Positions 38,082 to 47,254 of a DNA stretch of 64,000 bases are shown here, one piece after another. Below the pieces are notes generated by a model, which was not told the origin of the DNA, ran no database searches, and saw only the letters and a list, made by a program, of their open reading frames with translations. The position numbers were made by a program, and so were the translations under genes. Source of the DNA: a virus; the IMG/VR virus record IMGVR_UViG_3300037092_000015, positions 1-64,000 of that record. One strand, 5' to 3'. Positions within the stretch are counted from its first letter, which is position 1; each line of letters opens with the position of its first letter.

Positions 38082-38135
38082 ATTGTTCTCTCTTTCTGTT
38101 CTTGTGTTGTCTGTTTCTGGTTACGAACGTGCCTG

Positions 38136-38396
38136 CTAGCTGCTAGCAGGTTTCACGGGCTGCGACGCCTGCCGCTGTGCGCTCGGCGCGAACTGCTTGG
38201 ACGCCTGCTCGATGTAGCGCCGCTCCGCCACAAAGAACTGCTTCCACAATTGATAGTCGATTGGGTCCTCGCCTGACTCCTCAAACTTAGCCAGCGCCAG
38301 CTTGTCCTGCTCCAACGGCGTCGCCGCCTTGATTTCCACGGACGCGGCTGCCGCCGAACGTGCGCTTTTGATTAGATCGAGATGTGTCTTCTTCAT
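38136..38396 (-). CDS. Hypothetical protein
   Basis: AAGGAACAGAAACA leader. Confidence 0.55.
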   Translation of the reverse strand: MKKTHLDLIKSARSAAAASVEIKAATPLEQDKLALAKFEESGEDPIDYQLWKQFFVAERRYIEQASKQFAPSAQRQASQPVKPASS

Positions 38397-38408
38397 TGTT
38401 TCTGTTCC

Positions 38409-38807
38409 TTAGTTTGGCCACGCGCTGACCGTGACCGTGTTTGTTTGGACTGACATGCCCCTGGCATACAGCGTCAAGTTGGTCGCACTCGCATACCAGA
38501 TGTAGGCGCCAGCCGCGTTGCTTGAAGGGTTCCACTGGGCCGTAACCGTCACCCAGTTGTTAGTGCTGCCGAGCGACACTTGGCCCCACACCGGCAAGTC
38601 GTTCGTGCTGGCCAGCGCCCCGGTTTGGACCGTGTAGGACTTGCTCGGAATGTTCACCGTCGTGAGCGCGAACGCCGCGGAATAGTTGGTCCCTGTCGTC
38701 AGCGTCGTTCCGCTGCCCCATATCAAGGATGCCTTCATCGAAAGCATCCCGGCTGCGAACGCCACCGCTAGCGCCACCACCACCACTATCTTGCTTCTGT
38801 CTTTCAT
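38409..38807 (-). CDS. Signal-peptide Thr/Asn-rich protein inside the neck/tail module
   Basis: MKDRSKIVVVVALAVAFAAG. Confidence 0.65.
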   Translation of the reverse strand: MKDRSKIVVVVALAVAFAAGMLSMKASLIWGSGTTLTTGTNYSAAFALTTVNIPSKSYTVQTGALASTNDLPVWGQVSLGSTNNWVTVTAQWNPSSNAAGAYIWYASATNLTLYARGMSVQTNTVTVSAWPN

Positions 38808-38839
38808 TTTGATTTTGTCTTTCTGTGTTGCCGTCATTT

Positions 38840-39400
38840 TCACCAAGTTCCAACTTCCCCGATGTCGTTTGCCGTGGAAAATGTAAGCTCAGCCCCAGAC
38901 AAGAACACGTTCGCCATGCCGGGCCTTGCCACCGGACGCAGCGGCATCCAGCCGTCGTAATGCAGCGGGAACTCTTCGCTCATGTTCGACATGCTCCGCA
39001 CAGTGTCGCGCAGCGCCGCTATGCTCTGCGTCAAAGACTCCTTGCCGGGTGGCTGACCGTCAGCTTGCGGCAGCCGGTTCCTGAACCCGTGCCCTTGGAG
39101 CAGCACCACGAGCCAGCGCCGGTCGGCCCGGTGCGTCCGGTCCGCGTCCTGCAAGCTGACCCCAGGCCGCTGCTTTTCTCCGTTCAAGCACACCAGCACC
39201 GTCGGCTCGTCGTTGGCGACGGTGTAAACGTATTCCCAAAGGTGCGACTCGCCTTCCATGCTCTTGGTGTTAGGCTCAGCACTTGGCGCAACGCGGGGCT
39301 GAGTGAACATCTTGTCTATCCAAGAGCACAAGGCGTTCAACTGCCAGTCTTCCGTCACTGGCGGCTTTGGCATGTTCGGCCTGCGTTCACCCCAAGCCAT
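38840..39400 (-). CDS. Putative tail terminator/completion protein
   Basis: Synteny with Mu-like neck genes. Confidence 0.55.
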   Translation of the reverse strand: MAWGERRPNMPKPPVTEDWQLNALCSWIDKMFTQPRVAPSAEPNTKSMEGESHLWEYVYTVANDEPTVLVCLNGEKQRPGVSLQDADRTHRADRRWLVVLLQGHGFRNRLPQADGQPPGKESLTQSIAALRDTVRSMSNMSEEFPLHYDGWMPLRPVARPGMANVFLSGAELTFSTANDIGEVGTW

Positions 39401-39897
39401 TATGAAAGCACCCCCTTCACCGCTAGCTTAGCCGCCTGCTCCACCAACCGCTTGGTCCTGTCGTTCACTTCGTCGTTGAACGGGTTCAACGGGAACACGC
39501 GCCGCGCCGGCAAGTCGCCAGAGCCAGGCTGCGTCCACCCGAAGTTGCCGGGGCTGCCGTGGTGGTGCGCCAGCGCGTAGGGCACCTGCCCGGTGTTGCC
39601 CATGCTCACTGTCGCCGCCCCTTCGCCGTTGGATTCCTTCTGTAGCGTAGCCTTGAGAGCGCCAGTGACGAACAGTGTGGCGAACGTCCGGCCAACCTTC
39701 TTCGCGTAGCGCGGAGACAGCGCCTGCCACTCGTTGCCACGGTCCCAGCCCGTGCTGCCAAAGTTGCTCTCCACCACGCCAAAGAAAGTGTCCGCCATAG
39801 CCGCCTGAACCGGCTGCCGAACCTCTCCTAGCTTACGCGCAATAGCCGCGTGCAAGTCGCGCAAGGAGGAAGCGTTGATTTGAAAGGTAGCGTTCAT
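39400..39897 (-). CDS. Phage virion morphogenesis protein (Mu gpG/tail completion S-like)
   Basis: WQALSPRY, LFVTGAL, VPYALAHHHG, LPARRVFP. Confidence 0.85.
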   Translation of the reverse strand: MNATFQINASSLRDLHAAIARKLGEVRQPVQAAMADTFFGVVESNFGSTGWDRGNEWQALSPRYAKKVGRTFATLFVTGALKATLQKESNGEGAATVSMGNTGQVPYALAHHHGSPGNFGWTQPGSGDLPARRVFPLNPFNDEVNDRTKRLVEQAAKLAVKGVLS

Positions 39898-40028
39898 GGC
39901 TTGACTACAAACCTTTCCGTTTTCACCACCTTGCCGTTGTGGTCCAGCGTCAACCGCACTGCATTGACAGCCTTTTCTGGTGGCTGCTCTTTGCCCTCTC
40001 GGTCGTAAAACTTGATAACAGTCTTCAT
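39894..40028 (-). CDS. 44-aa ORF coupled to the MuF stop (possible immunity or partner protein)
   Basis: ATGA overlaps at both ends; MKTVIKFYDREGKE...; not in the provided ORF track. Confidence 0.6.
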   Translation of the reverse strand: MKTVIKFYDREGKEQPPEKAVNAVRLTLDHNGKVVKTERFVVKP

Positions 40029-43000
40029 GTTGCTGCCGTGTTGCAGGAACTATTATACTTAGCCTTCACGGCTGCGTCAATAGCCTTTTTGAGAGCTAGG
40101 AACGCGTCACGCCCATCCTTACCATCCATCTTAGCAAACGGCTCCTTGTAAACTTCATTTCGGTTCACCAATCCGTCATTGACTAATTTGTCAATTACAC
40201 GCCCAGCAGAGAACTCCGCATAGGCTTCGTGCAGGCTTCGCATGGTCCAAAGTTCTGTTGCAATATCTTGTTCATGCCCTTTGCTGTCTGCGACATACAC
40301 AGGCCACTCCGTCTTATCTACGATAGGTTCTTTAGCCCAGCTTTTAGCGTAATCAGTAGGAAGCCGGCTTATGTCGTGACCAATGGTGCTACGGAATTTC
40401 AGCAGCGCATTGTAAAGCTCCTGATCCGCTGTCTTTGGTTCTGCAATGCTAGCATCCGGGTGAAGTAAACCACCGTCAGCCCATTGGTCTCGCCACACTC
40501 TAAACTTGTCCCCATGAGCTAACATTGCTACATCCCGAGCTTCTCTTATTCCAATCACCGCCCGATCTTTAGCGAAATCAAACTCAGCGTGCCCTAGCTC
40601 GTGCGCTAAAACATCCGGCACTGGCGTGGACACCGCCGTCTTAGTTTTGTTGTTCCACTCGCCCGCCTTGCTCCACGTCTTGCCACCTGCCTCAAAGCTA
40701 CCAAGCGCATCCGGTTCCACCAGCCGCACCACGCCGCAAATCTCGTCGGCTGCGAAGTAGTCGCACACCGTCCGCACCATCATCTTTTCAGGCAGCGACG
40801 GCGCATGGCCGATTCCTACCGTAACCACAGGCGCAGCCATGTGCGCCATGCTTGGCACCGGCAACCTTGCCGCCTCCCGCGAGTCCCGGTGCGGCGCCAC
40901 CTGCACCAGCCGCCCCGTCCGCGTGTCCTGACGCATGTAGCCGGATACCTCCACCGCCGCCACCGTCCCCGTGCGCACGCTGCCCGCTGCCGCGCTTCCT
41001 TTGACTGGCCTGTATGCCTGCATGTCCTTTGGGACTGTATGCTCTTCTGTCCATCCGCCCGGTGGCGCGTTCTTGTCGTTGACCTTATCAATGACGCTTC
41101 GCAGGCTGACTTTCTTTGCCTGCTCCGGCGCGGGGGGTTCCGGGGCTTTATACACCATTCCGAAATCGTGGCGCCGTTGGCTACCTTTCAGACGCACGTT
41201 CCGGTTAACGTGCGATATGTGCGCGATGCGACCGTGCGTATGTGTGCTACTATTCAACGACACCCTAACCCACTCACCAATGCGATAAGTCTGGTCGTGA
41301 AATTCACCAGTCTCTTGGTTCATGCGCCCGACCGTGAACTGGTTATGCCCTTCTGGATTGTGAACTTGTCCCAGATCACTGGCCACCAGTAACCCGGTGC
41401 GAACGGTTGCCTCGCTTCCCTGCAAGTGCCCGGTGCCAGCCTTGCGCTTGCCCGGTATAAGTGTGCAACAGCAATTTGCGTTTTCCGCCGCTCCACCTAC
41501 GGAGTCGCCGGGGCATTGCTGCCCGTTGCTGAATACGTGCCCCACCGGCACTTCGCCTTCAAGCACGTTCTCCGCGTGAGTGGCCCTTTTTGTTTCGCGC
41601 TCCAACTGGTCCCACATGCACGTCGCGAACCCCGCACGCTGCAAAACGTGGAGTTGCGCCATGCCGAGCGTAGCCGTCGCTTCGGTCTCCGCCACCACGC
41701 GCCCGCTGCCCGCCTCTACCTCTGCCGCCTTGCGCTTCACCCGCCGCGCCAACTCTTCCACGCTCTCACCAGCCGCCCGGCCTTCCGCAAGCTCCTTGTC
41801 CAGCCGGTCTGCCGTCTCCACCGGAAAATTGAGCAGCAGAGGTGCCCTGCTAGTGGCAAAGTCGGTTGCCTCCTCAGGTTCTGCCGCCACAGGTCCGCCG
41901 CCGCCCATTCGCCATGATTCCGGCTGTGCCGGATACGCGACGGGCTGACCACTGGCCGGTTGCCCGGCGCTAGGCGTGCCCTGTGGCGCATTGGTTGGCT
42001 GCGGGGCGGTGAGCGGACCTGAAATTGATTGCGGCGCTACCAAAGCCGCTAGGGAGTGGCTGGCGGCCATGTAAATCTCTTTGTGCGCCAGGAACAGGAG
42101 CAAGGCAACCGCCTCAAGCTCCTCTTCGCGCTTCTTCCGCCGCTTGGCTCCGTCCGCACGCTTGGCATCGGCTACCGCTGCCGCCTCTATCACGGCGACA
42201 GCACGGTCAACCGCCCGCTGGTAGCCAGCCTGAGCCTCACTACGGATGCGACGGTGCGCCGCCAGCGTCCGCTCGCGCTCGGTAGGTTCGGACGCTGTCA
42301 CCGTATCTGATTTGCGGGGTGCGCTAGCGGCCAGCGAGTGCCGTTCTGGGTGCCACACGTATGACGGATGCTCTGCGTCGTCCGTCTTCTTGAACCCGTG
42401 CCGCTCGTAGAAAGCATTCAACCTTCCTTGCAACTCGGGCGTGTCCGCGCCTGCCGTCAGTTCCAGCCGCCGCCCCGACTTGGTAGCGAAGTCTTTCAGC
42501 CGCCCCATAGCCTTGCTGCCAGCCCCCTTGCCTTGCTCCACTGCGTCAAGCCGCGTGATGAACACTGCGTCCGGGTGTATCTGTGCGCTCAACCTTACAG
42601 ACGGGTCGCTTGACCCGTGGTATCCCATGCGGCCTAGCGAGCCTTTCATGCGGGCCATGCCGAAGTCCTCCGGCCTGACGTGCTGGTTGCCGTGGAACGG
42701 GTGCCCGGGTGCAAACGCGCCTTGAGCAGCATTGACTACGGTGCCAGTCCTGACCGCCGTTGCCGCTACCTTTGGCTCCCACCCTAATTCCACCAGATGC
42801 CGACCCTTGCGCTCTGGTAGGCTGTAGAGCAAGTCCACCGCCGTCACCTTGCGGCCGGCGAAAGCGTCACTGCCGTCCAGTTCTTTCAACTTACCTTTTT
42901 TGAGATACGCGATGGTCAGGTGCAGATGGTAGCTGTGCTCGCTCGGCTCCTTGTTCGCAAAGAACTCTTCCACCAGTTCCGCGTGCAGCCGCTCCAGTTC

Positions 43001-43738
43001 CGGGCTATCAATATCCACCTTGAGCACGTCGTAGTCCGAGCACTCGAACCGGGATACCTTGCCGAGCGTGAATTTGACAGGCCCATAACCAGCCAAGAGC
43101 ACTTGCAGCCTGTTCGCGTCGAAGTCAAAGTTGAAGCCGTATAAGACAGTGACGTGCGTCTCACTCTCACGCCCATTCTCTGGGTCCAGCGCCGCGTCCG
43201 GCACGTTGGCCTTGCCCCACGCTAGCAACTCGTCCTCTAGCGCCCCGTGCACCATAGCCATGAGGCAACCGCGCTCCGGGGTGCTGGCCTGCACCGCGTC
43301 TTGCGTGTAGAGGGAACCGTCAACGGCTCCTAACTTCAAGTCTCTAGAGGTCGCTCGGTCTCCGAGGCTGTAATTTGACGGAACATACAGAGCAGCCTGC
43401 TCTCGATCTAAAAAATGTCCGCTCTCGGTTTCAAACCCTTCGTGCTGAACATTACTCCAGCCGCCCGAATTATCTTTCGATCTTGGATTGACTGCTGAAT
43501 ATTCTCCGAACGCTTGCCAATGGCTCGGCCCCTTGTAACGCTTCCCGCCAATGACTAGAACCGCGTGCCGTATCTTGCCGCTAGGCTCCCCTACAGGATC
43601 GTTCGCCGCGTCCTGCGCGTGCTTGCTCCATTGGTTGCCCCAGAACTTGTGACCCGCCGCGAATGCACCTTCTGCCGCCCGCACCGCCGCCAGCGCCTCT
43701 ATGCCCCGTGCCAGTTTCTCTATGCGCACCGCCTTCAT
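40025..43738 (-). CDS. MuF (SPP1 gp7-like) polyvalent head protein with 2H phosphoesterase, GNAT, MuF and zincin domains
   Basis: HVT/HLT 2H motifs; QGKGAGS..FYERHGF GNAT; AETEAT..FSNGQQCPGD..NCCC MuF; HELGH..HEAYAE zincin; likely start MKAVRIEK. Confidence 0.85.
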   Translation of the reverse strand: MKAVRIEKLARGIEALAAVRAAEGAFAAGHKFWGNQWSKHAQDAANDPVGEPSGKIRHAVLVIGGKRYKGPSHWQAFGEYSAVNPRSKDNSGGWSNVQHEGFETESGHFLDREQAALYVPSNYSLGDRATSRDLKLGAVDGSLYTQDAVQASTPERGCLMAMVHGALEDELLAWGKANVPDAALDPENGRESETHVTVLYGFNFDFDANRLQVLLAGYGPVKFTLGKVSRFECSDYDVLKVDIDSPELERLHAELVEEFFANKEPSEHSYHLHLTIAYLKKGKLKELDGSDAFAGRKVTAVDLLYSLPERKGRHLVELGWEPKVAATAVRTGTVVNAAQGAFAPGHPFHGNQHVRPEDFGMARMKGSLGRMGYHGSSDPSVRLSAQIHPDAVFITRLDAVEQGKGAGSKAMGRLKDFATKSGRRLELTAGADTPELQGRLNAFYERHGFKKTDDAEHPSYVWHPERHSLAASAPRKSDTVTASEPTERERTLAAHRRIRSEAQAGYQRAVDRAVAVIEAAAVADAKRADGAKRRKKREEELEAVALLLFLAHKEIYMAASHSLAALVAPQSISGPLTAPQPTNAPQGTPSAGQPASGQPVAYPAQPESWRMGGGGPVAAEPEEATDFATSRAPLLLNFPVETADRLDKELAEGRAAGESVEELARRVKRKAAEVEAGSGRVVAETEATATLGMAQLHVLQRAGFATCMWDQLERETKRATHAENVLEGEVPVGHVFSNGQQCPGDSVGGAAENANCCCTLIPGKRKAGTGHLQGSEATVRTGLLVASDLGQVHNPEGHNQFTVGRMNQETGEFHDQTYRIGEWVRVSLNSSTHTHGRIAHISHVNRNVRLKGSQRRHDFGMVYKAPEPPAPEQAKKVSLRSVIDKVNDKNAPPGGWTEEHTVPKDMQAYRPVKGSAAAGSVRTGTVAAVEVSGYMRQDTRTGRLVQVAPHRDSREAARLPVPSMAHMAAPVVTVGIGHAPSLPEKMMVRTVCDYFAADEICGVVRLVEPDALGSFEAGGKTWSKAGEWNNKTKTAVSTPVPDVLAHELGHAEFDFAKDRAVIGIREARDVAMLAHGDKFRVWRDQWADGGLLHPDASIAEPKTADQELYNALLKFRSTIGHDISRLPTDYAKSWAKEPIVDKTEWPVYVADSKGHEQDIATELWTMRSLHEAYAEFSAGRVIDKLVNDGLVNRNEVYKEPFAKMDGKDGRDAFLALKKAIDAAVKAKYNSSCNTAAT

Positions 43739-44011
43739 CACTCCACCAAGTCCAGCCGCACCTTCACCGGCACTGCCGCCCGACCGCAACAGCCCAGCGC
43801 CCGCACGTATAGCCGCCGCTCCGGAGCCGGAAACCCCGCCGCCTTGAACATGGCGTCCAACTTCCGGCGCTCCTGCGCCTTCCGCCGCCGCTCGCTGCAT
43901 GGTTTCACTGGCTGTCATTGCTCCGTCACGTAACATGCCGGGAGAGAGGGAGGAAAAGGGACCTCTGGCTCCCGGCCCGGCCTGAGCCGGCAAATTGAAG
44001 TCGCTTGCTCA

Positions 44012-44641
44012 TCACGGCGACCCTAGCTTGTCTTGTGCCCACTTTGGGAACATTTGCGGCGACCCAGTCCGCAAGTCAACCGGCGCCTCCAAGCTGCCTT
44101 GCCGAACCGTTCCCTTGATCGGCGGATTGAACGTCAAATAGTCAAACGCTCCGCCGCCTTTCACCGGCACGCACACCGGGTTGACCCAGTCGCGCCCGCA
44201 CGGGTCTGTTGGCGGTGTTATGGCGTGCGTTGCGATACCGCCGATGCGCCGTCCGCCTTCTACCCTGCCGTCCATCCACTCCTCTGCTGCTTTGTTGAAC
44301 GTCGCCAACGGAGCGTAAGCCCCGTTCTCTGTCAGCACCACCATCTGCAATCCTGCCTTGCTGTTTACCAGCCGCCAAGCGGCCATATAGACAACGTGGT
44401 CAAACGCCTCAGGAGGCACCGATCCGGGCGTCACGCTCAAAGGAGTGTGACCAGCATTCTGTATGGCCGCACGAACCTTCCGCACCATCTGCTCAAGCAG
44501 CATCGTGCTGCGCAATGGCGGTGTAGCCACCGGCGACCCGCTGCCGTCAGCCTTCGTCACCTGCTCGTAGTCGAGCGCCATGAACAGGTCCTTCTGCTCT
44601 GGCACCACCCAATTGGTGTTGATTTGCGGGGCTTGAATCAC
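44012..44641 (-). CDS. Head-tail adaptor (Mu gp36-like)
   Basis: VRAAIQ..GSVPPEAFDHVVYMAAWRL; synteny. Confidence 0.65.
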   Translation of the reverse strand: MIQAPQINTNWVVPEQKDLFMALDYEQVTKADGSGSPVATPPLRSTMLLEQMVRKVRAAIQNAGHTPLSVTPGSVPPEAFDHVVYMAAWRLVNSKAGLQMVVLTENGAYAPLATFNKAAEEWMDGRVEGGRRIGGIATHAITPPTDPCGRDWVNPVCVPVKGGGAFDYLTFNPPIKGTVRQGSLEAPVDLRTGSPQMFPKWAQDKLGSP

Positions 44642-44703
44642 GCGGTTGAAATTGAAGCCCGCCGCCGCGCCTGGCTGGCAACGGCGGCGAGCGTGTCAGT
44701 CCG

Positions 44704-45324
44704 TTACTGGCTGTTCGCCCACACGCTGTAGTTCGTGAGCGTCGCACCGGACGCGCCGATGCTGTAGATGTAGATGTAGGGGATCGCACCCTTGCCTGGC
44801 GTTGTGCTGACGCTATACACCTTGTTTGTCACTGTGATTGTGCCTGGCACACCGCTCAGCGCAAGCGTCACCGTGTCAAACAGTTGCATCCCGTTCGCGT
44901 TGTAGCAAGCACCGTTAGTCCCTCCAGTGCTCAAGGAAGGCGGCTGAACGGAAGCATACAGCACGTATGTCGCCGTGTAGGCTCCGCCTCCATTAGTGGC
45001 CGTAGCTGCCCCGTTGAACTGCAAGGCTAGCGAGTTCCCCGACAGCACGCCGTTAGGGCTTCCGCCTCCTCCGAATACCGTCGCAGGCGCAGCGCAATTC
45101 ACCAGCACTAGGTTGTTCGTGGTGACGCCCGAAGAGATTGACTGCGGATACAGACCGTTGGTGCAAACCAGCGGAGCGCCCGGCCCGTTGATGTTGCCAG
45201 ATACCAGCACTTGCGACGGCAATCCTAACCCGAATGGGTTAGCCGAAGCCGCTTGGCTGGTGAACGATAAGGCGACCACTGCAAAGGCCAGCGCCGCGAT
45301 GAATGTAATTTTCTTGATGCTCAT
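44704..45324 (-). CDS. Signal-peptide Thr/Asn-rich protein after the capsid gene (decoration-like)
   Basis: MSIKKITFIAALAFAVVALSFTSQA. Confidence 0.7.
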   Translation of the reverse strand: MSIKKITFIAALAFAVVALSFTSQAASANPFGLGLPSQVLVSGNINGPGAPLVCTNGLYPQSISSGVTTNNLVLVNCAAPATVFGGGGSPNGVLSGNSLALQFNGAATATNGGGAYTATYVLYASVQPPSLSTGGTNGACYNANGMQLFDTVTLALSGVPGTITVTNKVYSVSTTPGKGAIPYIYIYSIGASGATLTNYSVWANSQ

Positions 45325-45409
45325 ATTGGTCTTGTTTCTTTTTTTTGTGTTGTTTGGTCCGGCCAAAGCCGCCCGGCCCGTCGCCGGGCAGGCTCAAGCC
45401 GTCGGTTCG

Positions 45410-47188
45410 CTATTTCACCACGCACTGGATGCCTTGGCGCTCGTCGCCAACGCCGACGCCGAACATGGCCCGCAGGTGCATGTTCGCCATTTCGTAGTTG
45501 TGGTCGAGGAACTTAACGCTCAGGAACGGAATCCGGAGCTTCGGGCTCATCACGATCTCCAGCGCAGCCGTGCTCGGAATCTCCGGCATGATCTTGGTGT
45601 AGTCCAGCGGTGCGCGGCTGACGAACAGCAGCGCGTTGCGCGTGCCGGCAAAGCCAAGGACCGACGCGGTGGTCGGATCCCCGGTGGACACCGAGTAGTT
45701 CGGTGGGGTGGCGCCGTCGGAAACTTCCGTCAGCGTGTCCGTCATCAACTGCGACTCGCTATACTTCACGTTCCCTACGCGGTGGTAGTTGCCAGTCTTG
45801 ATGAGGTCGTTGCCAGTCTTGCCGGCAATCGCGTCCTTGATTGCCCGCAAGGTTTGGTTCAACACAAACCCAGAGTCGGCAGGCAACAGCGAATAAATGT
45901 CTGGATGCAACCAAGCAAACCGCTCCACATCGGGGGAGTCTTCGGGCTCCTGGCCGCCGGGGAACTTGGCCATGTTCATCACGCGAGGCAGTTCCGCCAG
46001 GAACGTGCTAACAGTAGCGCCCTTGACGTTGAACACTGCGCGGTTCAACACCGGGTCAGTGTATGCCGGGGCGAACTTCTTGCCAGCCGTGACCGTGCCG
46101 TCGTTCTCGATGCGCTGCGTCCCATTGACGATTGCGTTGACCAGTTGGAACACAATGCCTTCGCACAGCCCATAGATTTGCACCGTCTTCTGCTCGTTGA
46201 AGAGCTGCCGGTAGGTGCTCGCCAAGAGCGTGTTCATGATGCTAATCGGGATGCCGATGTAGTTGTTCATTTGCACGTTGGCATTCCGAGCGTTGCCGAC
46301 GTTGCCGCCCCATGCGCTGTTAGTCAGGTTCGTCCGCTTCTGGTAGCCCGGAACGATGATGTAGCGGGTGACCGCCTCCTGCATGAACAACACCGGCTGG
46401 TTTTCAACGTCCGTGCTGATGTCGTTCAACTGCGGCAGCATGTTCTCGATGTGCCCCAGGTTCCACGTCATAATCAGGTCGCTGTTCAAGGCGCCCTGCC
46501 CGGTCGTCGGACTCGTGCTGCCCGGATCGTTGTAGTCCGCAGCGCGAATAAGGTCCAAGATCGGGGCGTCGCCGCCGAGCGCCTTGACCTTGTTTTCGAT
46601 CATGCCGATAAACGTCGCCCGCGCATTGGCCGCCTCAGTAGCCGCCATAATCGCCCGGGTGGCCGTGCCGCCGGTTCCGCAGGTGCGGATCAAACCGCCT
46701 TGGCGCCACGTCTTCAGGAAAGGCTCGCTGGCCTTGACGTAGCCTTGCACCATCTCGCCAAGCGACTGCTCGCAGCCGTGCAGCGTGCCGGTCTTCAGTT
46801 CGCCGGCCTGTATCTTCCGGTCGGACAGATCGTCTTGCTTCACCTTCACCGGCAGGTTGGCGATGTAGGCAACGCCGCGTCCCGGCTTGAGCATCTCAAT
46901 GTCGAGCGCCTCAGCCCGGATGGTGTCTTTCACCTCTTCCTTGAGCGCGATGGCCCCGCGAACACGCGCCTGCACAATGGCAGTGTCGATGCTCACTTCG
47001 GCCCGCACCCGCTCCCGAGCTTCGGCAGCCTTGATCTTCTCCGCGTTGTCGTAGTCGGTGGCGCGAACAGCCCAGCCGTCGTCCATCAGCAGGTCGACCT
47101 GCTCCTTCTCAACTTTCAGTCGTGTGCCCACTTCCCAATTCTTCTCGGGGCAGGCTTTCACCACGACGATTTCGTGTTTGTCGTTCAT
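45410..47188 (-). CDS. Major capsid protein with an N-terminal scaffold-like extension
   Basis: Follows the protease; strong codon bias; capsid-like C-terminal LLFVSRAP..MFGVGVGD. Confidence 0.8.
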   Translation of the reverse strand: MNDKHEIVVVKACPEKNWEVGTRLKVEKEQVDLLMDDGWAVRATDYDNAEKIKAAEARERVRAEVSIDTAIVQARVRGAIALKEEVKDTIRAEALDIEMLKPGRGVAYIANLPVKVKQDDLSDRKIQAGELKTGTLHGCEQSLGEMVQGYVKASEPFLKTWRQGGLIRTCGTGGTATRAIMAATEAANARATFIGMIENKVKALGGDAPILDLIRAADYNDPGSTSPTTGQGALNSDLIMTWNLGHIENMLPQLNDISTDVENQPVLFMQEAVTRYIIVPGYQKRTNLTNSAWGGNVGNARNANVQMNNYIGIPISIMNTLLASTYRQLFNEQKTVQIYGLCEGIVFQLVNAIVNGTQRIENDGTVTAGKKFAPAYTDPVLNRAVFNVKGATVSTFLAELPRVMNMAKFPGGQEPEDSPDVERFAWLHPDIYSLLPADSGFVLNQTLRAIKDAIAGKTGNDLIKTGNYHRVGNVKYSESQLMTDTLTEVSDGATPPNYSVSTGDPTTASVLGFAGTRNALLFVSRAPLDYTKIMPEIPSTAALEIVMSPKLRIPFLSVKFLDHNYEMANMHLRAMFGVGVGDERQGIQCVVK

Positions 47189-47254
47189 TTGTGTCTGCTT
47201 TCTTTTCTGTTGTTGTCTGCTTTGCCCTTGTTCTGTGTTTCGGGGGGCACCCGC

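Noticed and set aside
43739-43993. N-terminal 85 aa of the listed 1322-aa MuF ORF
   Set aside because: Low-complexity read-through; another frame holds a small ORF ending TGATG at the more plausible start 43738.
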